Assembly: GCA_963737905.1 (NCBI GenBank)
Contig: CAVTUQ010000011.1
Coordinates: forward strand, 32,001 to 96,000
Source of the DNA: an uncultured delta proteobacterium
GTDB lineage: Bacteria; Desulfobacterota; Binatia; UBA9968
Length of the DNA: 64,000 nucleotides
Reading direction: 5' to 3'
Of this stretch, positions 29,718 to 39,597 are shown in pieces (the first letter of the stretch is position 1; the number at the start of each line of letters is the position of its first letter). Made by a program: the position numbers and the translations under genes. The notes below the pieces were generated by a model, which saw nothing but the letters and a program-made list of their open reading frames with translations, made no database searches and was not told the DNA's origin.

Positions 29718-30731
29718 ATGTCTACCAAAATCGCCATTAACGGATTCGGCCGCATTGGCCGGCTTGCCCTACGCGCGATGCTCGAACGACACAAGCAAGA
29801 GATCGCTGTTGTCGCAGTCAACGACATGGCTGACTTACAAACCAATGCGCATCTCTTCCGTTACGATTCAACTTACGGAATTTTTCCGGGGCGGATCGAG
29901 ACGGACGAGGGAGTCTTGAAAATCGACGATTGGGAGATCATCGTTCTCAATCAAAAAGACCCCCCGCGGTTGCCGTGGCAAGCGCTCGGCGTCGATATCG
30001 TTATCGAGTCCACCGGCGTCTTTACCGACGGCGCTCAAGTGCGGGCCCATTTGGAAGCGGGAGCAAAAAAAGTCATCATCACTGCACCCGCGACGAACGA
30101 GGACATCACGTTGGTCTTGGGGGTCAATGACTCCGCCTACAATCCAGACAAACATCATATCGTTTCCAACGCCTCCTGCACGACGAACTGCTTGGCTCCG
30201 GTGACAAAAGTGCTGCAAGAGATTTTTGGCATCGAGCGCGGGCTGATGACCACGACGCACTCCTACACCAACGATCAACGGACGTTAGACCTCATGCACA
30301 AAGACCTGCGCCGCGCGCGCACTGCGGCCATGAACATCATTCCAACCACTACGGGCGCGGCAAAAGCGATCGGCCTTGTGATGCCGGAACTAAAAGGCGA
30401 ACTCCATGGACTGTCTCTCAGGGTGCCCACTTCCACTGTCTCCATTGTCAACTTGGTGGTCGACCTCGAGAAGCCTGCGTCAACCGAGGCCGTTAACGAC
30501 GCTTTGAGAACCGCTGCGGACGGTGCTTTAAATGGCATCTTGGGTTTTTGCGACGAGCCACTGGTTTCGAGCGATTTCCGCGGCAACGCCGCGTCCTCAA
30601 TCGTTGATGGTCCATCCACCGTAGTCATGGAAGGTAAAATGGCTAAAGTTCTATGCTGGTACGATAACGAGTGGGGCTACAGTTGCCGAGTGGGTGATCT
30701 GGCCGCCTTTATGGCTGAAAGAGAACTGTAA
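29718..30731 (+). CDS. gap: Type I glyceraldehyde-3-phosphate dehydrogenase
   Basis: INGFGRIGR, SNASCTTNCLAP and WYDNEWGYS. Confidence 0.97.
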   Translation: MSTKIAINGFGRIGRLALRAMLERHKQEIAVVAVNDMADLQTNAHLFRYDSTYGIFPGRIETDEGVLKIDDWEIIVLNQKDPPRLPWQALGVDIVIESTGVFTDGAQVRAHLEAGAKKVIITAPATNEDITLVLGVNDSAYNPDKHHIVSNASCTTNCLAPVTKVLQEIFGIERGLMTTTHSYTNDQRTLDLMHKDLRRARTAAMNIIPTTTGAAKAIGLVMPELKGELHGLSLRVPTSTVSIVNLVVDLEKPASTEAVNDALRTAADGALNGILGFCDEPLVSSDFRGNAASSIVDGPSTVVMEGKMAKVLCWYDNEWGYSCRVGDLAAFMAEREL

Positions 30732-30750
30732 CTCCGCGCCACCACCGAGT

Positions 30751-33518
30751 TTAACCGCTATTGCGAAGCCCCGCCGCGATACCGTTGATCGTCAGAAGGA
30801 CGGCCCGCTTGATTCTCTCATCGGTGTGGCCGCTTCGATAACGTCTGAGGGCTTCACTTGAAGGTGATTGAGCGGGTCGATGTAGGGCACATGATTACGA
30901 AAACTGCGCGCGAGCCAAGGGTTACAATCGAGTAATGCGGCTTGCTGGGTGATCGTTAGCAAGTGACGGATGCTAGACTGGATCTCCTGGCGGATACGGC
31001 CGAAGATGCGCTCACGCAACTCATTATCGGGAACCAGATCGGCCTAAAGCGACGCGATGTGAATATCGCTTTTGGCCAGCACCATGTCCATGTTGGACAG
31101 TAACGTACTAAAGAAAGGCCAGCGGCCGTACATCTCGCGCAGTAGCTCCGTGCCGGCCGGCCCACGCCGCGCGAGGAAAGTATCCACCGCGGTCCCAAAG
31201 CCGTACCATCCCGGCAGCATAATACGCGCCAGCGACCAACTGAAGACCCATGGAATGGCCCGTAGGTCTTCAATGCACTCCAAGGTCGTTCGCGAGGCAG
31301 GTCGGCTGCCTGCATGGAGTTCCGCGATTTCGCTGATGGGCGTAGCCGCACGGAAGAAGTCGACGAACCCGGCAGTCTCATAAACCAGCGAGTGATACGC
31401 GCCGTAGGCTTCCTTCGACAGTTCCTCCATTGCCTCAAGGTAGGCATTCTCTACTTTTATACTGGGCCTCACCAATGTTGCCTCCAAGGTCGCAGCCACG
31501 AGGGTTTCCAGGTTTAGGCGACCGATGTCTGGATCGGCGTATTTGCTGGTAATGACTTCCCCCTGCTCGGTGATGCGAATCTGTCCTGATATCGTTCCCG
31601 GCGGCTGGGCTAGAATAGCTTGATAACTGGGTCCGCCGCCCCGTCCTACGGTTCCACCCCGGCCGTGGAACAGGCGCAGCTTTAGACCATATCGGCGACA
31701 CACTTCCACCAAACCGACCTCCGCCTTATACAATTCCCAGTTCGATGTTAGGTAGCCGCCCTCTTTGTTGCTGTCCGAATAACCCAACATGATTTCCTGC
31801 ACATCTCCAGAGCCCGCCAGGAGCCGGCGGTACAGAGGCAAGCTCAAGAGTTCGTCCATGATCGCCGTCGATTGGCGCAGGCCGCCGATGGTTTCGAACA
31901 GGGGCACAATGTTCATGGCAAGCCCCGGTCGCTCGCCCGGACGCAGGAGACCCGCCTCCTTCAGTAACAACAGAGCTTCAAGCAGGTCGCTCATCGCCGT
32001 GGTGGTGGAGACAATGGTGGTCGGCAACGCTTCGCGCCCGTAGCGTTGGTGCAGTTCGGCTGCGGCGTCGAAGATCTGCAACTCTTTTTGCGTTTCGTCG
32101 CTATAAGAAGCGTGGGGAGAGCGCAGCAAGCGCGGCAGCATCAATTCCTCCAAGAGCCAGCGCTGCCGGTCGGATTCGTCCAGCCCACGGTATCCTTCGC
32201 GGCGTGCGCCCACAAGAAAAAGTTCGGCCACGACCCGTTCTTGCACCGAGCTATTTTGCCTGAGATCCAAAGGCGCCAGATGGAACCCGAACACCTGAAC
32301 GGCTCGTCGCAGGGTGCGCGACCGGCCGCGCGCAATGCGACCGGAGCCGTGCCCCACAAGGGAATCGGCAATGATCTTCAGCTCTCGTCCCAGCTCCTCC
32401 GGGCTGGTATAGGGGTGAATGTTGGTATGCGGCGCCCTCTCCGCCGCGAGCGGGTCAAAGGCACGTGACGTCATGGCAATCCGGCTGTAGATTCCGCTTA
32501 ACGCCAAACGGTAGGGTTCGTCGCGACGGTGCTCGGATTCGTCCGAAGAAAGCGCAGCAAGCTCTTGCAGCTCCGGAGTCACCTGCACGAGCCGGAGGGA
32601 TTGCGAGAGTTCCATTCGCAGCTGACGAATTTGCGTCAGATAGAAGTCGAAGGCCACTGAGGACTGGCGGTAGAGCGCATAGCGGATAACGTCGTGAGTC
32701 ACGTAAGGATTGCCGTCGCGGTCGCCGCCAATCCAACTACCCAACCGTAGGAAGCCGGGAACCTCAAACCGGGTGCTAGGCCAATGGACTTCGAGAAGAT
32801 CTTCGAGCGCGCCGTAAAGCCTCGGCAGCTGCTCCAGAAAAGTCGTGCCATAATACGAAAGGCCATTGTCGATTTCATCGCTCACGGCAAGCCTCAATTC
32901 TCTCAGAATGCGGGTCTGCCAAAGAGTCAGAATACCCCGGCGGAGCCCTTCTTCGTTCAGCGCCTGTTCCTCCGCCGTGTGGCGAAATCGGTCGCGTCGA
33001 TCGAGGAGAATGGCAATCTCCCGCAGGCAGTCGAGAATACTCTTACGCTGCACCTCCGTGGGGTGAGCGGTCAGAACCGGGGAGATCAAAGCGTTGCAAA
33101 GAAAACCCTGCAGATCTTGCGGCGCCACTCCGGCATCCGCTGCGCGCTTAAGGGCGATCGCCAAGCTGCCTTCCTGAGGGGGTGAGCCCGCCAATTCGTA
33201 GGCACGCCGGCGCCTGTTGTGGTGCAAGTCCTCGGCGATGTTGCTCAGCTGGGAAAAATAGGTAAACGCCCGGACCACCGACATGGTTGCGTCGCGACTC
33301 AATTCCCTGAGCGTCGTTCCGAGTTCGTCGCGCGCCTGCAAATCGCCATCCCGGCGGAAGCGAACGGCCGTCTGGCGAATGTGCTCGACCAGGTTGAAGG
33401 CCTCTTCTCCTTCCTGCTCGCGCAGATTTTCGCCAAGCAAACGTCCGAGAAGCCGAATGTCTTCTCGTAAGTGCAGGTCTTTATCGATAGCCGGATCGGG
33501 CCCTTCGTCGAGGTTCAT
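30751..33518 (-). pseudogene. ppc: Phosphoenolpyruvate carboxylase with an in-frame TAG (31044-46) and a -1 frameshift (~30855)
   Basis: VLTAHPT, SWIGGDRDGNP, MLGYSDSNK, FHGRGGTVGRGG and LRAIPW. Reads on as ASL*ADLVPD...[10 protein letters not shown], then in a shifted frame EALRRYR...[13 protein letters not shown]. Start uncertain (33518 or further upstream). Confidence 0.92.
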
Positions 33519-33792
33519 GGCGCCTCCGAAATCGCCGCTTTTCTCCGCCTTTCCAGGCGAGCTCGGTTTAGCCCCGGCCGATGTTTTGATTGCCAGGTCC
33601 GTTTCGAGAATTGGTTCCGCAACTAAGGAACTTGGAGGCAAAACGCATACCAAAGACGTGTCTGAATAACCTGCGAGTGCTTCGAACAACCGCTGAAATT
33701 GAAGCTTATGCCTGAAAGGTTCTTTCCAGGCATAGGCCAGGTAGCCTTGATCCCCTGTTCGGTTTGCCCTATTTTACCCGCAAACTAGCGAG

Positions 33793-35421
33793 ATGAATCA
33801 CTCGTCCAGAACTAGAAAGACTTCGCGACTGGCGAACTTCAAATGGTGGGAACGCGGCATCATCTATCAGATCTATCCGCGCTCGTTTATGGACAGCGAC
33901 GGCGATGGCGTGGGAGATCTCGCCGGCATCCGGAGCAAACTCGCCTATTTGCAATGGCTCGGCGTTGACGCGATCTGGATCTCGCCCATCTATCCATCGC
34001 CGATGGCGGATTTCGGCTACGATATCAGCAACTACACCGATATCGATCCGATCTTTGGCTCTCTCAGTGATTTCGACATGTTGCTTGCCGACGCCCATGG
34101 ACGCGGCCTGAAAGTGCTGCTCGACTACGTTCCCAACCATACTTCGGATCAACATCCCTGGTTTCTCGATTCGCGCTCGTCGCGCGATAGCGCTAAGCGC
34201 GACTGGTACATTTGGCGCGATCCTAAAACGGGCGGCGGTCCGCCCAATAATTGGCTTGCAAATTTCGGCGGCGGCGCTTGGGAATGGGACGAGAAGACCG
34301 GGCAATATTACTATCACGCCTTTCTAAAAGAACAGCCCGATCTCAACTGGCGCAACCTTGATGTGCAGGAAGCGATGCTCAACGTGCTCCGCTTCTGGCT
34401 CGAACGGGGCGTGGACGGCTTCCGCGTCGATGTCATGCATCACATGGTCAAGGACGACGCGTTCCGCGACAATCCGAAGAATCCCGACTGGCGGCCGGGC
34501 ATGTCGCCCTACCGCGAGTTGCTGACGACGTACACGGCTGACCTTCCCGAGGTGCAAGAGATCGTCGCAAAATTGCGCGGCGTCGTGGAAGAGTATAACG
34601 AGCGCATGCTGGTGGGTGAAATCTATCTGCCGATGGAACGATTGATGGCTTACTACGGCGCGAGCGGCAAGGGCGCCCACCTGCCATTCAACTTTCAATT
34701 GATTCAACTGCCATGGAATGCGCTGGAGATTGCGGCCGCGGTGGAGCGCTACGAGGCGCTGCTGCCCTCCTATGCTTGGCCGAACTGGGTACTCGGCAAT
34801 CACGACAAATCCCGCATCGCCACCCGGGCGGGGGCGGCTCAGGCACGGGTAGCTGCGATGCTGCTGCTAACATTGCGCGGCACACCGACGATGTACTGCG
34901 GCGATGAAATCGGCATGCATGATGTCGTTATCCCCATGGAGCAGGTCCGAGACCCGTTCGAGAAGAACGTACCGGGTTTGGGGTTAGGCCGTGATCCCGA
35001 GAGAACCCCCATGCAATGGAGTGGCAGCGAGCAGGCAGGCTTCACTAGCGGTAGACCCTGGCTGCCAATAGCGGACGATTACCAAACGGTCAACGTCGCG
35101 CTGGAGCGCGACCGCGCGAGTTCGATTCTGACTCTTTATCGCCGTTTGATCGAGCTACGTCGCGCAGAGCCCGCTTTGTCGGTAGGAGGGTTTGCACCTT
35201 TACCGGTGCGCGACGATCTGATGGCTTATATTCGCAAGACAGATGATCGAAGGCTACTGGTCGTACTCAATCTCGGAGCAAGACCGGAAAGCTTTGGCAT
35301 ATCCGACTTGCAATGCCGCGGGTCCATGCTGCTTTCGACGTATCTCGATCGTGATCCAGATACGCTACGCGACAGACTCGATTTGCGCGGCGATGAGGGA
35401 GCGATTATCGAGTTGTTGTGA
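33793..35421 (+). CDS. GH13 alpha-glucosidase / oligo-1,6-glucosidase family
   Basis: YQIYPRSF, DYVPNHTSDQH, DGFRVD, VGE, GNHD and RTPMQW. Confidence 0.93.
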   Translation: MNHSSRTRKTSRLANFKWWERGIIYQIYPRSFMDSDGDGVGDLAGIRSKLAYLQWLGVDAIWISPIYPSPMADFGYDISNYTDIDPIFGSLSDFDMLLADAHGRGLKVLLDYVPNHTSDQHPWFLDSRSSRDSAKRDWYIWRDPKTGGGPPNNWLANFGGGAWEWDEKTGQYYYHAFLKEQPDLNWRNLDVQEAMLNVLRFWLERGVDGFRVDVMHHMVKDDAFRDNPKNPDWRPGMSPYRELLTTYTADLPEVQEIVAKLRGVVEEYNERMLVGEIYLPMERLMAYYGASGKGAHLPFNFQLIQLPWNALEIAAAVERYEALLPSYAWPNWVLGNHDKSRIATRAGAAQARVAAMLLLTLRGTPTMYCGDEIGMHDVVIPMEQVRDPFEKNVPGLGLGRDPERTPMQWSGSEQAGFTSGRPWLPIADDYQTVNVALERDRASSILTLYRRLIELRRAEPALSVGGFAPLPVRDDLMAYIRKTDDRRLLVVLNLGARPESFGISDLQCRGSMLLSTYLDRDPDTLRDRLDLRGDEGAIIELL

Positions 35422-35472
35422 ACTTGCGGGAGTATGGAGTCAGATGAGACAGCCGGCCGGGTAAGGGTTCGA

Positions 35473-36477
35473 TCATCTTCCCGCCCACAGTTTGTCAAAG
35501 AAACCGCTTTTTTCCATTCCATCAACGTAGCGCCGGTCGATAAGATCTTGCGGCCTGATCTTTTTTGCCCGGGGATCGACCTTTGCGGTTTCATCGAGGA
35601 TCGCCTGAAACGCTTCCGTCTTGAATTCTAACCTCCGTTCCATGACCTTGATTTCCTCGTCGTAGGCGGCGTCCAGCAACTTTCGGTCGCTTATGCGCAA
35701 TTGTTTTCCAAGAACCTTGTAAGTCAATTCCTTATCCGTGAACATGATTTTCACCGCTTCCGCCATCACGCGCACAAACCTTTCGATGACCGGCCCGCGC
35801 GTGCGGATCGAGGAGCGGCGTGCCACCAAGGTCGCTGCGGCAAAAGGAATATGAAGGTCGGGCCCATACACGACATAACGGAAACCCTGAGCCGTAGCCT
35901 TAGCGCCGCCGGACGGTCCGGTCATCGTGGCGGCATCCACTGCGCCGCTCAGCAATGCTGCAAGATTCTCGACCTGGCCGCCGGTCTGGATGAAATTTAC
36001 ATCGGTGGGCCCCATGCCGTATTTTCTCAAGGCCTGAATCACAAAATAATGGGAGTTGCTGCCGAGCCGAGTCAAGCCCAGTTTCTTGCCTTTGAGATCC
36101 TCGGGGCTTTTGATATCGGGCTTTCCCAGGATACTGTGGGTCAAGGTGTTCTTGGCGCTGGCTACGAATATCAATTCCGTGACTCCTTGAGTGAAGGCGC
36201 GTGTGATCGATTCCCCGCCCGTAATAGCGACTTCTCCATCGCCGCTGAGCATGGCTGCGGTCACCATGGCGGCAGAGGAGATAAAAACAAGTTGAAATTC
36301 TAAATCATATTTCTTGAATAGCCCGACCTCATCGGCGATCCACGGCATCGACTGGGACATCGTACGAGCCGAGTGAATGCCGACCAGTTTATCCGCGGCG
36401 ATTGCAGCGGGAACCAGGACTGCGAGAGTGAGAAAGATGACGGCGGCGCAACACCCATTCCCAAGCCGAATCTTCAT
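35473..36477 (-). CDS. ABC transporter substrate-binding protein (NMT1/SsuA-like)
   Basis: Signal peptide, GLFKKYDL, DLKGKKLG and ALLSGAVDA. Confidence 0.85.
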   Translation of the reverse strand: MKIRLGNGCCAAVIFLTLAVLVPAAIAADKLVGIHSARTMSQSMPWIADEVGLFKKYDLEFQLVFISSAAMVTAAMLSGDGEVAITGGESITRAFTQGVTELIFVASAKNTLTHSILGKPDIKSPEDLKGKKLGLTRLGSNSHYFVIQALRKYGMGPTDVNFIQTGGQVENLAALLSGAVDAATMTGPSGGAKATAQGFRYVVYGPDLHIPFAAATLVARRSSIRTRGPVIERFVRVMAEAVKIMFTDKELTYKVLGKQLRISDRKLLDAAYDEEIKVMERRLEFKTEAFQAILDETAKVDPRAKKIRPQDLIDRRYVDGMEKSGFFDKLWAGR

Positions 36478-36583
36478 GAGGACAACCTCCTGAACAAACT
36501 ACCTGCGCGAACTCTTAGCTCCGTAGGACGACAATTTCAGCACCGACGCGACGTTATCAAAAAAGGCCCGATGCTCTCCCTTT

Positions 36584-36970
36584 TCAAACACCCATTCCCT
36601 GAGGATCATGGATCTCGAGCTTATTGCCGTCCGGATCTAAAAAATATGCCTGTCTGCCCCAAAAGACACCGTCCCGGCGATCTTCCATATGGAATATTTC
36701 GACTCCGTTTTGTTTGAGAAATTCCACCGCAGGCTCAAAGTCCTCCGCCGCAACCTTGAAAGCGTGATGCACAGGGGTTTGCTCCAGAGAGTCGTACTTT
36801 ACCGGAGTGTCCTTTGCCAGGATAAAGTAATCGTCGCCGCACTTGAGGAACACCATGCGGGGAGTTTTCTGCACGATTTTCATTCCCAGAAGCTCGCTGT
36901 AGAATTTCGCGCTTCGCTCCAGATCTGTCACTGGAAGACTGAAGTGAATGACACCTTGGGTCTTAACCAT
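36584..36970 (-). CDS. VOC (glyoxalase/bleomycin resistance) family protein
   Basis: HFSLPVTDLERSAKFY...HHAF...YFLDPDGNKLE. Confidence 0.92.
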   Translation of the reverse strand: MVKTQGVIHFSLPVTDLERSAKFYSELLGMKIVQKTPRMVFLKCGDDYFILAKDTPVKYDSLEQTPVHHAFKVAAEDFEPAVEFLKQNGVEIFHMEDRRDGVFWGRQAYFLDPDGNKLEIHDPQGMGV

Positions 36971-37200
36971 TGTTTACCTCCTCCGTGCCTGCGGCAGATG
37001 GCACTTCTGCAAGACCGACGTTAGTCTTGGCTATTTTGATTCCAATCATCCTTCTCTTGTCAGAGTCCCTGAATTACCTCGCTTTGCTTCCACTTACAAG
37101 TCTCTGCGCGACACCGCTCAATTCATATCGGTACTGACACAGGCGATGCCTCGTGATATGCAAGGGGAAACATTAGCAGAAAAAAGTTGGAGGCTGATTT

Positions 37201-38703
37201 ATGAAAACCGAGAACTGCGACGTGCTCGTCGTCGGATTCGGCAATGCAGCTCAGGCCGCCGCCGTGGCGGCGCATAATGCTGGAGCTCAAGTCCTGGTCT
37301 TGGAAAAAGCGCCGCAGACAAAAAAGGGCGGCAACACATGGTTTAGCCACGGCGCTCAGTTCCGTCATACTCACAACGGGGTCGCAGACGAAAAACCGTT
37401 GCTGCCCCACGTAAGCGAAAGCGAGTGGGAAAAAATCGATCTTCCTCCTTACACCAAGGACGAGTTTTACGCCGACTTGATGCGCGTGACGCGGGGGCGG
37501 TCCGTGCCTGAGCTGGCTGAATTGCTGGTCAACGAGTCCTACCCAACGGTGAAGTGGATGCAAGAAATGGGTATCCAGTGGGAAATTCTCTACAGCGCGG
37601 CAAAGCCCGAAGGAGAACGCTTTCGCTGGCATCACGGCAGTAGCTTCGTCCATTCTAAAGACGGCGGTGGCGGCCTGGTCGAGATGTGGCATCGCATTAT
37701 CGACGGCAAGAAGATTCCGGTCCGGTTTGAAACCGCGGCCGCACGCATCCTGACGAATGAAAGCGGTCGGGTTTACGGCGTGGTCGTAGAGAGCCCCGAA
37801 GGATTCAGCGAGATCCACTGTAAAGGATTGGTTCTGGGCAGCGGCGGCTTCTCCGCCAATCCGGCGCTCCGTGCTCAATTTCTCGGCAGCGGCTGGGACC
37901 TCGCCAAGGTGCGTGGCACCAAGTACAACACCGGTGACGGGATTCAGATGGCCCTTGATATCGGCGCGCAACCCTTTGGCCACTGGAGTGGTGGCCACGC
38001 CACCCCCATCGACGCCGATGCGGGCGACTACGAAGGCGGATTTCTCGATCCGGCGAACCGCCGTTATCGCACCCACCGTTACGCCTGGCCCCTCGGCATC
38101 ATGGTTAACACCGAAGGGCGCCGCTTTATCGACGAGGGCGAAGACTTTCACGCCTATACCTATGCCAAGACCGGCGCCGAGATTCTCAAGCAGCCCGGCG
38201 GCATCGCGTACCAAATATTTGACGAAAAGCTAAAAGAAGCGGTGACTCGTTATCTCTACGACGGGGCGACTCCCGTCATTGCCAACTCCATTAAAGAGTT
38301 GGCGGAGATGCTGGAGATCAACCCCGACGCTCTAATGAAGACCGTCGAGGAGTTCAATAATGCAGTCATAGAAGACCGCCCGTTCAACGAGCTCATCCGC
38401 GACGGCCTCGCTACCAAAGGGATTTACCCACCCAAATCCAACTGGGCGCAAAAGCTCGATACTCCGCCTTACACCGCCTATGCCGCTACGTGTGGCTTAA
38501 CGTTTACCTACGGCGGCCTCAAGATAACCACCGATTGCCAAGTTTTGAACCGCTCGGACCGCCCGATCCCGGGACTTTACGCGGCGGGTGAACTAACGGC
38601 TGGGTTCTTCTATTACAACTATCCCAGCGGATCGGGACTTCTGCGCGGCGCCGTGACCGGAAAAATTGCCGGCACCAACGCCGCAAGCCACTCGCAAGAA
38701 TGA
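37201..38703 (+). CDS. FAD-dependent dehydrogenase, tricarballylate dehydrogenase TcuA-like
   Basis: GFGNAA, GGNT, GSGWDLAKVRGTKYNTGDG, TFTYGGL and NYPSGSGL. Confidence 0.85.
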   Translation: MKTENCDVLVVGFGNAAQAAAVAAHNAGAQVLVLEKAPQTKKGGNTWFSHGAQFRHTHNGVADEKPLLPHVSESEWEKIDLPPYTKDEFYADLMRVTRGRSVPELAELLVNESYPTVKWMQEMGIQWEILYSAAKPEGERFRWHHGSSFVHSKDGGGGLVEMWHRIIDGKKIPVRFETAAARILTNESGRVYGVVVESPEGFSEIHCKGLVLGSGGFSANPALRAQFLGSGWDLAKVRGTKYNTGDGIQMALDIGAQPFGHWSGGHATPIDADAGDYEGGFLDPANRRYRTHRYAWPLGIMVNTEGRRFIDEGEDFHAYTYAKTGAEILKQPGGIAYQIFDEKLKEAVTRYLYDGATPVIANSIKELAEMLEINPDALMKTVEEFNNAVIEDRPFNELIRDGLATKGIYPPKSNWAQKLDTPPYTAYAATCGLTFTYGGLKITTDCQVLNRSDRPIPGLYAAGELTAGFFYYNYPSGSGLLRGAVTGKIAGTNAASHSQE

Positions 38704-38706
38704 GCC

Positions 38707-38762
38707 ATGGAGTACTCGAGTAGTACAATGGGATTTCAGCACTCCAATACTCCAACACCCCC
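38707..38762. repeat. Inverted array of 8-bp units (hairpin-forming)
   Basis: atggagt actcgagt ... actccaat actccaac, after the TcuA-like gene. Confidence 0.6.
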
Positions 38763-38825
38763 GAAGATCTGTGTCTAAACTTGAACGCAGTTTCTGAACA
38801 CGCTGCCTAAGGAGCATTCTTTCAC

Positions 38826-39593
38826 ATGAATATCGTCGTCTGCTGCAAAGCCGTGCCAGGTTTGGTAACCGATTTAAAAATCGCTGCCGATGGCAAAACG
38901 ATCCAATATCAGGGCCAGCTACTCGCCATCAATGAGTGCGATGAATACGCTCTGGAGGAAGCTCTAGCGCTCAAGCGCTCCCACGGCGGGCAAGTGACGG
39001 CGATTTCAATGGGGAACATAAAAGCTCTGGATATTTTGTACTATGCGCTGGCAAAGGGCGCCGATAGGGCCGTCCGCGTCGACTGTGAAAGTCAGGACCC
39101 GCGGGTTGCGAGCACGGTCATAGCAGCGGCTCTGGGAAGGCTCGACTTTGATCTCGTGCTGACGGGAACGCAATCGCGTGACACACTGGGCGGTCAAGTC
39201 GGAATTGCTGCCGCAAACCGGCTCGGGATTCCATTCGCTTACGCTGTCGTGGAAGTCGAAGCGGGTGAGAACAGCACTATCAAGGTGCGCAAAGAACTGG
39301 GGAGCGGACGCTATGCCAAAGTCGAGCTGATGTTGCCGGCGCTCCTATGCGTACAGACGGGCATCCAACCTCTTACCTTCGTTCCTCCTGCGCGCCGGAT
39401 TCGCGCGCGGCAACAGCCCGTGACATCCTTTTCATTGGCAGATCTGGGCTTGCAGACGGATCAGCTGGCCCCACAGGGCTACCGCTTCGTGGGTGTTCAT
39501 CCGCCCGAACGCACACACCAGGCGGAGCTACTGCAGGGCAGCCCACAAGAAATCGCCGCTGCATTGCTCCATAAAATTCAGGAGAGTCTCTAA
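38826..39593 (+). CDS. etfB: Electron transfer flavoprotein, beta subunit
   Basis: IVVCCKAVP, INECDEYALEEA and DLVLTGTQSRD. Confidence 0.93.
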   Translation: MNIVVCCKAVPGLVTDLKIAADGKTIQYQGQLLAINECDEYALEEALALKRSHGGQVTAISMGNIKALDILYYALAKGADRAVRVDCESQDPRVASTVIAAALGRLDFDLVLTGTQSRDTLGGQVGIAAANRLGIPFAYAVVEVEAGENSTIKVRKELGSGRYAKVELMLPALLCVQTGIQPLTFVPPARRIRARQQPVTSFSLADLGLQTDQLAPQGYRFVGVHPPERTHQAELLQGSPQEIAAALLHKIQESL

Positions 39594-39597
39594 AACC

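Noticed and set aside
31044-31046. In-frame TAG in ppc as pyrrolysine or stop-codon recoding
   Set aside because: TAG ends other intact genes here (e.g. etfA, valS-upstream region genes aside, the CBS gene), no pyl genes are visible, and a second lesion lies 190 bp downstream.
37123-38214. 363-aa antisense ORF, and similar ones at 23643..24575, 24963..25649 and 54990..55724
   Set aside because: They lie fully antisense to well-supported genes, which is expected in GC-rich coding DNA.
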